From Batkoa obscura (taxonomy: Eukaryota): DNA of 64,000 nt. The stretch is from positions 434,001 to 498,000 of the forward strand of contig JASVEC010000014.1 in NCBI GenBank assembly GCA_030770535.1, read 5' to 3'. A program made the position numbers and the translations under genes. A model generated the notes under the pieces. The model had not been told where the DNA came from, searched no databases, and was given only the letters and a program-made list of their open reading frames with translations. How positions within the stretch are numbered: position 1 is the stretch's first letter; every line of letters begins with the position of its first letter. This document shows positions 1 to 16,055 of the stretch, in pieces.

Positions 1-2276
1 CTATTTTCCTAATTAAAGGATTGCTTTATTTTGAACTTCTTTTATTTTGAACTTCTTTCATTGTTATTCTTTTTGTTATATTTATTTATTCTCAGTTACC
101 ATTCATTGATTTTGTAAAAAAAATAAGCCCTACTACTGAAACAAAAATAAACATAATAAAAAAATGAGGGGTTATAAAATGAGGGAAAAAAGAGAGACAA
201 TGAAATAAAACAACCATAAAGCATTTAACGATATTAAAAGTAAAGATAAAAATCTAGAAGGAATGTCTTATACTATGGAACGAAACTTAACATTAAGGTA
301 TTAAATTAAACAAGCAAAACTATGTCGCAAACTTTATTTAGCTGTCCGCCGGTCCATCATTTTATAAGGTTAGTTGCGTTTTTGCTTATATGGTCTAGCG
401 TTATTGACCATAACTGGAATTATTGAATACGGTGTGTAAACTCATTCATAAATTGAGTAATAGCTTAGTAGATTTTTATATTGTGATGTTAGAGTTGAAG
501 TAGTAATTATAACAAATAAAGATTATATAAATAATATAGTACTTTAAATTTATCTGCCGTTTTATAAAATTTTAAATATACATAATGTTATGTTATAAAA
601 TATCTTTATATTTTTCTGCATATATGTTTCTAACCATTCTTTAAAAAATTAAACCCTTGATTTTTTGTAAAAAGAGAAATTGAAAGTCAATAAACTTTAA
701 GAATAGGTTTAGAATTAATATATCTGATTAAAAAAAGTAAAGAATTATTGACAAAAAGAAGATACATTCACTTATAAAAATAAATATGATAATTTTATAT
801 TAAACAAACTTACTATTTTAAGTGATTCCTTTTTTTAGAAACTTCGCCATTCGTCTCCTTTCTGTTTTCATGTTGTTATGCTAATATACATATAGCATAC
901 GCTATCAATGGATAAGATAATTCATTAATAAATTATAAAGCGTCTAAATAAATAAGAGCATATATTACTTGGTGGAAAAATAATTTCAAAATAAATCACT
1001 TATGATAAAGTTATTTAAAAAAGTAAACATTTACAAATCAAGGGAATTTAAAATATATCAATATAGTTAACAAATTATTATTTATATTTAGTCATGGTTT
1101 ATATTTATTTATATTAAATAATAACTTTCAATGATGAGCAGCTTTCAAAAAAATATTATTATTGAGCTTTTATATATTAGTTATGCTTTTTTGTTATTAT
1201 ATCAGAACTGAACTAAACTAAATAGTCGAGAATTAGAGTTTTTAAAAATTAAGCTATAATTTTTCTTGTTTTTAAATAAATCGGTCTTTTTAAGATCATA
1301 TTATAACAAGAAAATACTTGTTTATTCATTTCAATTAGTACCTGTAACTAGTTAATGAAATGACTTAATACAAATTATAAGGCGTTTATTGAACTAAGTA
1401 TGTAAGCAATTACAGACTAAAGAAAAAGAAAGGAAAATTAAGAAAGTGTTGGTCGTAGTTCAAATACTCACATTTGACTATAATAAGTCAAGTTTAATAA
1501 ATTTCAATATTCATATAAAGGAACTTTAGTCTCTATAATAATAATAATTATTATTATCATAACTATCTTAATAGTATTATAAGAAAGATAAATTGATAGA
1601 ATGTTAAATACGAGTCTAAAATTCATGCTACAAGTTGAATTAGGTAAACCACTATTTATTAAAATTATAAATATCAATGTATAGCTTATTATGCTAATAA
1701 AAAATACTAGTAATATCAACAAGTAAAAATCGCAATAAATTGAAAAATTTCTTAATAAACTAAGAGAAGTGAATAATTACGAAATAAAGAAATTTTCCAA
1801 CTAATTTAAGTAAACGAGCTCTGAATCAACTATTATTTTTTTTTCACAACTTATTATAATAGATGATAACATTTAAGGGAAAATATTTAGGCGTTATAAA
1901 AACCGATGTTATTACTTTTAAGCTTTATTAGTTGAGACGTTTCTTAAGTAGTGTACCAAATTTTGTTTATTTTATTAACTATTTTTCAAAGATTAAGTTA
2001 GTTCTAATCTATGTTTACTTGCTTTACGATCTGAAATGGGTAAACTCCACCTTGAAAATATTCCGCTTCTAGTTAACATCTTGGTATAGTCTAACTTCTC
2101 TATTTTTAGTTTCTATTATTTTTTTTGAATAAATCACTGTTTTTATGAAGAATATCTTAAATAATTAGTTAAGCTATAATCCTTGATTTGAAATAATACC
2201 CTATCCCTTTAACAGCATACTGAATAAAATAAAATAAAAAAAATAACTCATGCTAATACTTAGGGTGCATTATCAA

Positions 2277-2323
2277 TAAAACTATAAAACTATAAAACTA
2301 TAAAACTATAAAACTATAAATTA
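2277..2323. repeat. 8-bp tandem repeat (TAAAACTA) x5 plus a partial unit
   Basis: Read directly: taaaactataaaactataaaactataaaactataaaactataaatta. Confidence 0.9.
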
Positions 2324-2724
2324 TGAATTATCTTAATAAATGATAAAAAGTTAATAATTACGAATTATAGAAATTTATAGTAAAAAAATCGATCGATGTA
2401 AAGCTCAATAATTCCGCAACTAATAATATGTATTAATATATATTAGATAATAACTCTTAATAAATGCTAACATTTATTAAACAAAGCAAGATTTGTTGGG
2501 CTTTTTATTATTTAGGTGTGCTATCCTTTATTATTTACTCAATAAAACAAAAATAATAAAAATAACAAAGACAAATTAAGCTTTTGAAAATATCTAGTCA
2601 AAATTTCAGATCAATTGAAACATCTATTTAATATTAGGTTCTAAATGGGACTTTTAATTAGTAATAAAATCACAATTATATGAATACTCCTTTTGCTCCA
2701 AAATAAAGATCTAATTACTTATTT

Positions 2725-2826
2725 TATGAAGATGTATTTTTGTTTAAGAATTTTGCTAATATTCTTTCCATTCAAATGGTGCTTAAAAATAGAAAAAGTG
2801 ATGAAACCAAGAAAAACAACCTCATA
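2725..2826 (+). mobile_element. ~100-bp MITE copy (degenerate termini)
   Basis: tatgaagatgtatttttgtttaagaattttgctaa...gaaaaagtgatgaaaccaagaaaaacaacctcata matches the family consensus. Confidence 0.8.
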
Positions 2827-3298
2827 TTGATTTAAATTATTTAAATTCAAGTATGTTGCAATGTTATTTGTGTTGTATTTGTTTATTTCTAAATAGCTTA
2901 AAATTCAAAAAAGTTTTTGTTTTGATTTTGAAGGAGTTAAACTCCTGTGATTTATTGTTGTAGATAAGTAAAATGGGTGTAATCGGAGAATCTCTTTTTT
3001 TTAAGTGGAAGAATAGCTTTGGGTTTTTTAATTAAAAAATACATCTATTGAATTTAAAATTATTTACTATTCTAAAACAGTATAGCTTAATTTTATATTA
3101 GCAACAAAATAAATGTAAAAGAATATTAATTTTACACTAATTTCTAGTAAATTTCTAATCTGATCTAGTCTATCATACAATATAAACAATTAGAACTTTA
3201 TAAACACTTACATTAATAAAAACTCATAGATGTGTAATATAAACATTTAAAGCAAACACTTGTAACAAGTAATAATTTAATTTTAATTTTATTTCTAT

Positions 3299-4957
3299 TT
3301 AACTACTTTTATTAATTGACCTGAATAAAATTAGATTTAATAAATACTTTAAAAAATAACATAAAAGCCTACCATAAATACATTGAATGATCATAAAACG
3401 AAACAGAGCCAATTAATTGTTGATTGTTTGTTGGATTATATGACCAATCTACTCCATAAGCAATAGAGGTGTGATCCATAAAAGAATTTTGTATTGAAAA
3501 TTCATTATTATTATCTAATTATAAGATAAAATAAAATAAAACAAGATAATTATTAAATATTTACTATAATCCAACTTAAGTTGATGAAACCCACCATGCA
3601 TAGCAGCTACAATCAATTGACTTGGATTTGTAGAATGCCATTTGACTCGCCATACGCCACCATCTACGTTTATTTCACTTACCGGGACTTTTAGTTTACG
3701 TGTATCAAATATGCGTACTGTTTCGTCGTAACTAAATAAATTATAAACATAAATAATATTAATATATATATTAATGCTATTTTACCTTCCAGTAGCAATA
3801 TAATTTTCTCTATTTGGATTAGAATGAAGAGAACATACTCCTGCCATATGACTTAATGATTTATATGTATATTAAAAAAATAATACACAAAAAATATAAA
3901 AATTTTACCTTTTATTTGTCATAACAGCAGTTGAACTTTTAACTATATCTTCATCTCCAGTATATTGATCTAATAATCTTAAATCCCAACTTTTAAATAA
4001 AGCATCATCGGCACCTTTTAAAATAAAACAAATAAAAAACAAAAGCAATCAAATTATTATTATTATTATTATTATTATTATAAATTACCTGAGTATACTA
4101 CATTTGTATTATGATAATTAAATCCTGTTATCCAAGCTTCCAATGAATGTGCTAACCATCGATATTTTATCTGTCCTTTTAAAGTATCTGGATTTAATTC
4201 AATAACGGATAAACTACCATCACTAAAACTAACACTTAATTTACAATCACTAAAATGATTAATTTATTAGTTTAAGATTACTATTCTATTTAAACAAACA
4301 ATACTCATTATTAATTCTATCAGACCAGTCTAAAGAAAGAGCTAGATTTTCTTTTTCACTCAATATGTTTTTAAATTCAAATAGAGTTTCTTCTTTTAGT
4401 AGCTTAGAAAAAATGAAAATATTAATACAAAAAATAAAATAAAAATATCTTTACTTCATCCTTTTCTTCGTTATAAGAATAAAATTTAACTTGGCCTGAA
4501 GCATCAGCTTGAGCTAACAAATAATTTTTTTCACCTTCTATTATTCTTGGTGAATATCTCCTTTTTATAAAATTTAATAATCAATATGATTTCTAAACCA
4601 ACTTTCTTTTAGTCTATTAATTTACCATTTAATATCCAAACTCGCCTCTCCTTCGATAACATTCCCTTTCACCCTAAAAAAAACTATATCAACATCCCCA
4701 AAGCTTCCAACAATATTTATTGATACTTACAATTTATTCTTATCATTGACTTTATATAATTGTAAGTTGCCTTTTCTAATAGCTTTCTCTTGATTTGAAC
4801 TTGGATTCTCTGGGGTTATAAATTGTTGAGTTTCATTATCTATAAGTTGATAGGTACCAATAATGAGTCGCTGGTTTGTGGAAGGTATCCATTCAATTGA
4901 ATCTGCTGAGTAGATAGTATCTACTTTGTCATGAGAAACGATACTGTTGGGCTCCAT
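3299..4957 (-). CDS. DPH7: Diphthine methylesterase DPH7/RRT2/WDR85 (WD40), multi-exon
   Basis: Spliced exons give DTIYSADSIEW, HSLEAWITGFN, SGADDALFKSWDLR, GGVWRVKWH, AAMHGGFH and HTSIAYGVDW...SVSFYDH. The stop is at 3369, or at 3299 if a final short intron is spliced. Confidence 0.85.
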
Positions 4958-5147
4958 TCAAAATAATGATTTTTAAAAAAAATGAAAAAAGTTGAAAAGT
5001 TTGAAATAAGAGATTTTACTTTTATTTATTACAAAATTTTTTAAAATTAAATTAGGGACCAGGGAGAATTGAGAGAATATTTTATAGATTTATTTATAAA
5101 AAAGGAATTAAAGAAAGGGAATATAATTGTATTTTATAGTATTCTAT

Positions 5148-6932
5148 CTACTTAAAATATATTTTTAAAATTTCATTTTTCCATTCCGTCTTCTCCAATT
5201 TATCGAAAATTCTCATCACTTGTTCCAAATGCTTTTTAGGAATATTCCATTCTTTGTTAATCATATAATTTTTGTATAAAAAATTACCAAACAATATTTT
5301 AAAATCACTACCATAACCCATGCCTATGTCCTTATTATTCTTATTCTCATTCTCCTTATTATTCTCGTCCATTTCATTACTTCTTTCAAAGCATTTAATT
5401 AATTGAAACAATACTTCTTTCTTCTCGTTTTCTTTAATATTCTTATTATTGCATACAATTATTGCTAATTTAAAAGCTGCTTGTAACATTCCTCTTTTAC
5501 ATAATAATGAAATCATTTGAATATTAAATTGATATTCAGTATCCTTAATAACATTAGCATTTAATTCCTCATGTTTTTTCTTTCGAAAATTAAAACTTTT
5601 TTTGCAATTGATTAATTGATAATAAATACTTAATAAATTATTATTTGTTATATCATTTAATTGTGTGGCTTTTTTTAATATATCATATTTTAATTTTTTA
5701 TTAATATTTAATAATGTCAATTGATCACTTAAATTAATTAAATGACTAAATTCATTACTATCATTACATAATTGTAATCTTAATAAAATTGTATAAATAT
5801 TTATATTTTTTCCTGGTATTGATGTTGGTGGGTATAAAAAATCAAGGTATTGTTGTAACCATTGAAAATAATCCTTCTTCTTAATTTCTTTTTTACTATC
5901 TTTTTGAATATCTTTAACTTCTTCTGTTTGTTTAACCCCTGTCTTTAAAAGATTGTTAAACAAACTTAATTGATTTTCATTTCCATCGAATTGTAAACTT
6001 TTTAACAAATGATATTTACTTAATTCATAATCCATTGTTTGACAATAAGCTAAACTAAATGAAGATTCTAATTGACAGTCATCTGAGATTGAGAATGCTT
6101 CGATAACTTCTTTAACTATAAAATAAAACTCATGTTATAATTTAAATATTAGTAAAAATTAAAACTTACCTGCTTCTAATTTTTCTTTGTTTCCCATCTC
6201 CCCATATATTTTAATTACCATATTTAGTATTCTTAAATTATCTTTACTATCCATATGATTAGGTATTTCTTGACTTCCCATCACATTCTTTAACTCATAT
6301 AGATAACTACAATAGATTGTAAATATTTCATCTAAAATATTATGTTCATTTTCATATTTTTCCACAACATATCTTATCATTAATGGATAAGTAATACTTT
6401 TAATATATCTCTGATTAATTTTGTGAATTAACTCCATCACTTTTTCTTTTTTGTTACTGTCTTGATTGATTAATTCAATTTCGGAATTTAACTAAAGAAA
6501 ACAGTAATTCGACAAGTTACTAACTTGATAAAATTTTAAAATTAAAAAAACTTACCCAACCAAATATATGTTGTTTCATATTAAATTTTAAACCATCTCC
6601 TTCTTTCTTCAATGAACTTTCCTTTTTCCTTGGTGGTAGATTGATTTTAAAAAATAATTGACTAAAAGCTTCCCTTTTTTTTTGACGATATAAACCAAAC
6701 CCTAAGTTTTCTTTTTGTAATTCAAGACTATGCTGATCTATACTTTTGTTCAACCAAGTTTCTTTGCTGGCAATATTGCTACAAGTTATAATACTAGTAA
6801 ATTGGCGGAGTTGGATTACTTGAGTTAGATCTATAAGATAAGAGTTAGATAATGAATGTTATAAATTGAAAGATTGCTTTTACCTTTATGAACAAGTTTA
6901 TAAAGTGATTGTGGCTTATTGGTTAGTAACAT
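5148..6932 (-). CDS. Helical-repeat (PPR-like) protein, possibly mitochondrial; 4 exons
   Basis: Three ORF-track pieces are joined by GT-AG introns (6116-6169, 6492-6555, ~6831-6883). PPR-like segments include ILNMVIKIYGEMG and FNIQMISLLCKRGMLQAAFKL. The function is tentative. Confidence 0.55.
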
Positions 6933-7182
6933 CTTTTATTAATTGATCCGACTAAAATTCAAGTTTTTTTGATAATTTTATATTTTGATTAATTTTTTGA
7001 TTGTGATTTTATTATGGGATCCAAAATAATCAGGGATTAATGATTAAATTACTAAAATATTACAAAATTGAGTTCTTTTTATTAGAGTATTTTATTCTCA
7101 GAGAACAAAACAAACTAAACTTCAATTTTAAAAAAAATATAAATCTCAATAAGAAAAGCACCAAAATAAGCCATCGTTAACT

Positions 7183-8580
7183 ATGAAGCTACATCCTGAA
7201 GCTAGTGAAGTAATTGATATATCAACTATTGAAAAGCAGTATTCCGAAATCAGTAAAAAATTTGAGTTGGCTGACCCCTCGGATGATTATTTAAAACAAT
7301 TAACTGTTAAAGAGAATTATCGTTCGATTGAAAGAGAGTTTCAAATTAAAGAAGAAGATTTAATAAAAGGAGAGGTATTTAATGACCCCGCTCTATTTGC
7401 TAATTGGGCTACTATTAATGATAGAAAAAAAGTGATGGTACCATTTGATCTTTTAAGTTTAAATAATTATAACTGGAGTAAAAAAGGACAGAAAGGAGAT
7501 GATATTAGTAACAAAAAGAAAAGAGGTAGACCTACAAAAAAAAAGAAGGGCAAAAAGAACGGAGAGGAAGAAGAAGAAGAAAAAGAGCGAGATAATTTAG
7601 TATTTAAATTAAATATTAATAAAGCCATTATTAATAAAAATTTATCGATTAATAATAAACAATATTTATTAGACGAAGTATTAAAAAAAAGTAAATTACA
7701 CTCGGTTCAATTTAATAGTAGAGTTAAATATTTATATCGTAAAAAAGAAGGGTTGAATGAAGTAGTAGAAAAAGAAGAAGATAAAGAAGAAGTAGTTTGT
7801 AAAGAAGATCAATTAACAGAAGATAATTTTATTTATGCTATTGATTTATATCAAAGTAAAAAAAAACCATATAGTAAATATCAATCTTTTTTAATGTATG
7901 ATGAGCAAACATTATGTGAATTAAGAGATAAATTCTATTGTATTAGCGACTTTTTAGCTTATTCAACAATTGAAGATGAAAAAAGATTAGAAAAAATGTT
8001 AGATGAATCACTTCTACCAAATGTAATTAATGTAAATCGTAAAAATGAGTTAGATACATTTGATAAAAAAACAAGCCCCAGTTTTTTTTTTATTGAAAAT
8101 ATATTTTATAATGATAATCGTAGTAACTTAAATCAAGACTTATCAAAACCTTTAATTCAATGGTCTCAAATTATTAATAAACAAAACCAAAAGAATAATT
8201 TACCTTTGTTTCATTACTCCGCAGAAGATATGTCTCAAGTTAAATTAAAAGATATTCAACTTCGATTAAATCAACCTTATTTATTTTATCATCAAAATCA
8301 TTGTCAACATTTATTTTTATTTCGAAAAATAAGAAAGTTTAATCCAATGTTAGATAAAGCCAATAAATCATTATATCCTGTATTTACATATAAAAGTAGA
8401 TTACGTAAAATGATTTGTAGAGCATGTGGTTTATTTCAAGCTAATCATATTACTTTAAATGATAAATTATCCGGTGCTAATCCTTGTTTATTTTGTGATC
8501 ATTGTTATGAGCCCTTTCATTTTGATGAAAAAAACCAACCCCTTTATTCTTTTTTACATTTTCCATATAATTATCATTAA
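7183..8580 (+). CDS. SNAPC3: snRNA-activating protein complex subunit 3 (SNAP50)
   Basis: Intronless 465-aa ORF with QTLCELRDKFYC, SFFFIENIFYND, LRLNQPYLFYHQNHCQH and a C-terminal CxxC...CxFCxxC..FH zinc finger. Confidence 0.88.
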   Translation: MKLHPEASEVIDISTIEKQYSEISKKFELADPSDDYLKQLTVKENYRSIEREFQIKEEDLIKGEVFNDPALFANWATINDRKKVMVPFDLLSLNNYNWSKKGQKGDDISNKKKRGRPTKKKKGKKNGEEEEEEKERDNLVFKLNINKAIINKNLSINNKQYLLDEVLKKSKLHSVQFNSRVKYLYRKKEGLNEVVEKEEDKEEVVCKEDQLTEDNFIYAIDLYQSKKKPYSKYQSFLMYDEQTLCELRDKFYCISDFLAYSTIEDEKRLEKMLDESLLPNVINVNRKNELDTFDKKTSPSFFFIENIFYNDNRSNLNQDLSKPLIQWSQIINKQNQKNNLPLFHYSAEDMSQVKLKDIQLRLNQPYLFYHQNHCQHLFLFRKIRKFNPMLDKANKSLYPVFTYKSRLRKMICRACGLFQANHITLNDKLSGANPCLFCDHCYEPFHFDEKNQPLYSFLHFPYNYH

Positions 8581-8615
8581 TAACTTTAGAATATATATTA
8601 ATATATATTCCAAAA

Positions 8616-10968
<2,353 letters not shown>

Positions 10969-11268
10969 TTCAGTGAAAGAGATATCAAACAAATAAAATA
11001 TTTTATTTTTTTAGGTATTTATAAATAGAGTTTATTGGCTAAATAATGAATTTAATTTTATGACCAAATTAATAACTCAAAATTTAATATTTTATTTTTA
11101 TTTTGTAAAATTATTAACGTTTGAATGTTAGTTTTGCTACTTTTTTATTAACCATACTATATTTAATAATTCAATACCAAACAAAACAAATATCTAAAAC
11201 AAATAATATCTAAATAAAAATAAAATTTACAAACTATCCTTCAATTTTCAATCAAATCTAAAAATACC

Positions 11269-11367
11269 AGGGGATGTATTTTTGTTTAAGGATTCTATTA
11301 ACAATTTTTTCGCTCAAATAGCGTTTAAAAAGTGGAAAAAGTGATGAAACTAAAAAATATCTTCATA
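11269..11367 (+). mobile_element. ~100-bp MITE copy
   Basis: aggggatgtatttttgtttaagg...caaatagcgtttaaaaagtggaaaaagtgatgaaac...atcttcata. Confidence 0.85.
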
Positions 11368-11473
11368 AGATTTTAAAAAATAATCATAAAAACTCATTTA
11401 ATAAAATAAAAAATCAATGCTCAAAAGCTAAAAACAATTAAAATAAAACTATCATCTTCAATATCAGCTCCAC

Positions 11474-13722
11474 TTAATTCGAAGTATGAGATCTTTGCAT
11501 TGAGCTAGTTTTAGTACTTGAAAAACTAGGTACTTTAGGCTCCGATTTTTTAGCTAAACTAGAAATCGTTGGACGAATAGCTTGGAGGAACCTTGGACTT
11601 AAAATATAATCTTTATAACTAATATAAGCTGATGTTGATGGTACTTCTCCATGGTCAAATGTATTTAACCAAGTATCATCTTTTGAACCTTTACTTCCCT
11701 TTAGTTCTTTTCTTTTATTGTTACTTATTCGTTGTAATGTTTTACTTAGTTTTTGCTTAATACTTATCGGCTTAGATCTATCCTTTACAGTCTTATTATC
11801 ATCATCTTGATTATCTTTTGTAACTACACTTAATACCATTGGTGGTGGTAAGGAATGGATGGATTGATCCAATTGAATCGTATTCGAAATTGAAGAGATA
11901 GGTGATATTGGTGATGTAGAAATCGATGTTTCCTGGGATTGATTTTCAATTACTACAGGTGATATAGCATTGATCTTTGTTTCTTCTTCCACCTCTTCCA
12001 TTTCTTCTATTTCCCTAACTTCTTTTCTCACTACCACCTCTGCTACCTCTGCCTCTTGGATTTTCTTTCTTGATTCATCCTCTTTTATTTCTTTTTCTGT
12101 TTCAATCTCAGTCACTTCTTCATCAGTTGCCTCATCAACTTTAATTTCAATATTTTTTACTTCATTAGTTTTTGTTTCATCTTCTATTACATTCTCTTTT
12201 ACTCCTACCTCTTTTATTTCACTTTCACTTTTAAGCATTTTTGTTTCTTCTTCCTTAATTTCTTCCTCTTTTGCTTCATTAACTTCTATCTCAACCTCTT
12301 CAGTTTCTTTAACTTCTATCTCAACTTCTTCAACTTCTTCAACCTCTTGAATTTCCACCTCAGTTTCCTTAACTTCTTCTTTCACCTCTTCAGTCTCTGC
12401 TTCTTTCTCCTTTACTTCTTCCTCCTTTACTTGTTCCTCCTTTACTTCTTCTTCCTTTACTTCTTCCTCCCTTACTTGTTCCTCCTTTACTTGTTCCTCC
12501 TTTACTTGTTCCTCCTTTACTTCTTCCTCCTTTACTCCTTTGTCTTCAACTTCTTCCTCTCCTATTCCCTCAAATTCCTTTATTTCCTCTTTAGCTTCTT
12601 CCTCACTTACTCTATCTTCTCTTACTTCAATCTCATTTTCTTCTTCAACCTCCACCTCCACTTCCACCTCCATTCCATTTTCGTCCTTCACTCTCATCCA
12701 TCTTTTACCCGTACCATTAATTTTTTCCTCTATTTTTTTTTGTTGCTGCAAATCAAAATAATCTTTAATTGTACTATAGTTACTTTGATTATCAATATTA
12801 ATACCTTGAGCTTCTCTTTGTCGTTTAGCATTTTCCTCTAACATACGTTTAATATTCGATATCGGTTTACTAGATGCTGGTTTTGTGGTTTTCAGCTTTA
12901 AATATTTTTGGGCCACATCCGTCAAGGTGTTGTAAAAGCTAAATGAAAATAGGTTTAAATTACAACTGTATTAATTCTAAATAAATTTACTTTTCACTTT
13001 GTTGTGGAAATTTTTTGGCATAGATTTGATAGCTATTTCTCGTCATGGCTCTAACTTCTGGAGTGGAATCAATAGCCCCTTCACATATACAATCTTCAAT
13101 CTTCTCTAACTGAGATAGTAATGCTTCGTCCGATAAATGATTTAAATAAACCAAAACTAATTTGGCCACAGATAGACGAACGGATTTTGATATATGTTGT
13201 ATATTAGAGTGATAATATGAAATTAAATCTTCAATTTTTGTATTAATAGTAATTTGTTCTAATGCATTCTGAGCTCTGGTAACAGTTACTTTATTGGTTC
13301 TTGCTGTTAATTTTAAAATTGCTGGTACGGCCCATTCAGCAATTGGAAAATAATCGGTCTCTAAATAAATACTAGCTTCTTGCATGAATAGGGTAGCTGT
13401 ACCAGTAAGTCTTGTCCGATCAGTATTGATCTAAGATAGTAGAATTGAGTTATTTAAAAACTAAAATCTAAAACTTTAATAAACTTACTGAACCTTCAAT
13501 AAACACTTTATTTTTCTCAATAAAATTAACTAATTGATATTTGGTTAACTTTTGAGATTTAAATAATTTAATCACTTGTTTTATCGCCTCTTCAATATCC
13601 ATCCATGTCTTATCTGTTTCTTTAACTTTAAGGCTCTCTTCAATAGCAATTAATTTCTCTTCTAAACTTAATTCTTTCCCCTCATTCATAGTTTCAGTAG
13701 GCGTTTCTTCAATTGTACTCAT
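11474..13722 (-). CDS. CLASP/Stu1-like N-terminal (TOG/HEAT) domain protein with a long Glu-rich tail; 3 exons
   Basis: ETDKTW, DRTRLTGTA, PAILKLTARTNKVTVTRA, SKSVR and DSTPEVRAMTR are typical of CLASP_N. Two short GT-AG introns join the three ORFs. Confidence 0.75.
12408..12538 (-). repeat. 15-bp coding minisatellite encoding (EE[E/Q]VK)n, ~8-9 units
   Basis: tcctttactt(c/g)ttcc units lie in tandem inside the CLASP-like CDS. Confidence 0.9.
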
Positions 13723-15209
13723 TTTTTTAAGTAAAAAGGCAATAAGAACTTAAACGATATTTTTTAAATTTATATAATTTAACTGTTCATATTTATAAAT
13801 TAAAATAGTTATTTGAGTTTAATTGATTACAAGTTGTAATACACTTTTTAATTGGTTACTACTGCTACAAATGAAAGGAGAAATTATGCTAACCAATAAC
13901 TGTTTCAAACAAATCTTATCACAATAATAAAATTTTAAACCAAACAATTAAATTTCAATGAAACGGTGATGTAACAGGAAAATAAATCTATTTATTTTTT
14001 ATGCAGGCAAATCATTGAGCAGCTTGCAGTTAGATGTCCCTTTCTTGTTTTTAATTTGGAGTTAAAATTTTTAATGAATTTACGAATATAAAAGAAGCTA
14101 TAGCCTCTAGATTTATGCTAGAAAAAGTCGTTGCAAATTAAAACAGTTTGCAGTTGGATGCTTTTGATTATTTTTGAGGTTTTTACAAAATCCTCTTTGT
14201 TAAATGGAAAAAACTAAGAGCGGTTATTTGTTATGCTACTTTTTTTAAAATAACAATAGCTATCAAATATATTAATCGTTCTTGAGTAAAAATAAGTATA
14301 TAAAAAATTATGATTTAAATAAAAAATCACATTATATACTTTTGATCAACTATAAACTGCTTTATGAAATTAGCTTTTATAACTCTTAGAATTAGTTTTA
14401 ATTTTAATAAATATACATTTTAAATCTTATTTCAACTTAATCTGTAAATTTAATATGAACAAGTTATTATTTTAAATAGAATTTTAAGAAAAAACACTGA
14501 AGACATATGGCTCTAGGTGCCTTTTATTTATGAATGTAAAATAATGGATAAAAAAATAAAATGTAATAAGTGTTTATGAAAGAGGAATAATATATAATAC
14601 TTCATAAATGTTTTGGATTTACAAATAAATTGAGCTTCAGTGGTTAAAAAAATACACAACTTCCCTTTCAGAAAATTGTTCACTTCTTAAGAAGCATGTG
14701 ATTTCCAAAAAACACTAATTAAGGCCTAAAAGAAAAAATATCTACATCTATTTGACGAATAGATCATTGAAGCGTAAAAGCTGCTTTGATAGGTAAGATA
14801 TCTATGCTTTATAGTAAGAAAACGGGGATATAAAATATCAACTCTAATTGTTTATTTATTTCAAAAATAGCCAATATATGACTAATTTAAAGGGTTTATA
14901 AATTATAATCAGTTTAAAGTTATCTTTGATAAACTAGTTGCCAGCTTTTTCGAACCTTTTAAACAAATGAAAATAGGCTTAACTCCAAAATTAACGAATA
15001 ACTTGACTAGCTGTTCACCTTTAATTGGCTAGGATTAAAATTGGTTATGGTATTTTAATAATCAGATAAAACCCTAGCAAGTTTTAGCCCTCAATAAGTG
15101 TTGAGCTCAAAAGTAACTGTTTCAATTTTTAAAAGGTAATCACTTAAAAAACATGCTCGAAAATAAACAAAATTAATATCTTCAATAATTCAAATAGAAT
15201 CGAATAAAG

Positions 15210-15451
15210 ATGAAATCCTTCCTTGGTATGAAAATGTGGCCAACTCCAGTATTTAAGCCTTTCTGGCCTTTCTTTGCTGGTATGGCTATTACCTTATATG
15301 GCGTAAGCAGCATCCAAAATAAAATGCTCAACACTGAAGAATGGAAAAAAGATCCACGTAGTCCAACTTGTAAATATTTTTATATTTGTTTTTTATTGTA
15401 AAGTTTATTAAATACTTTTGTTTAGATGACCCAAAAGCTGGATCCCATTAA
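15210..15451 (+). CDS. ATP18: Mitochondrial ATP synthase subunit j (i/j)
   Basis: MKSFLGMKMWPTPVFKPFWPFFAG...EEWKKDPRSP. Intron 15370-15425, then a last exon YDPKAGSH*. Confidence 0.9.
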
Positions 15452-16055
15452 GTTTAGCTTAAAGTAAAGAATTAATTTTTAGATGAGATTTTATTCAACA
15501 GTTATTTTTTTGAATAAATTTATCTTCATTATTATAAGGATTCATCTGTATTTTGTTTGATTTATCAAAGTATGCTTTTAAATTCTTTTATAGATATGAT
15601 ATTGGGGTAGATTTGAATTTATTTTTTAAACGTATTTTAATCCCTAAACTACAGCACCATAGCCTTGATTTCATAGCATTAATTAAAATTATTATTATCA
15701 TTATCCTAAAAGAGTCATTTTATTTATAAACTTTTTAATTTCAATAAATAAAAATTCATAATTCAATATTCAATTTTTAATTTAACTTTTTTATAATTAA
15801 AACATGTTAGTTATCAATGGGCATTAGTACCAAATAGAACATGTTTTCTTAATGGCTACATTAACTAATGTCATGAAATTTATATTCACATAAATACATT
15901 ACTTTTTTAAATAAGTATTAAGATCATATAATAAACTTAATATACTAATGAACATGTTTTAACTTTGATTGGCTAAATCCTTGATTTCCAAAATGAGACA
16001 ATAGAGATAAAATATCGAATAAAAATTGAAAATCAAAGTGGTATTATTAATTGGT

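Noticed and set aside
1..110. Possible first micro-exon (ATGAATG|gtaact) of a minus-strand gene leaving the window, and a 16-bp duplication tttattttgaacttct
   Set aside because: Only a few codons are visible and cannot be distinguished from chance.
1504..1722. 72-aa hydrophobic ORF
   Set aside because: Non-ATG start and Ile-rich AT-driven composition; no motif.
11970..12841. Three + strand Ser/Phe/Leu-rich ORFs
   Set aside because: Antisense shadows of the Glu-rich repeat exon of the CLASP-like gene.
14020..14162. Repeated TTGCAGTT(A/G)GATG upstream of the CLASP-like gene
   Set aside because: Only two copies; too little to call a regulatory site.
14511..14535. GCCTTTTA resembling U5 snRNA loop 1
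   Set aside because: No flanking stem and no Sm site in the right arrangement.
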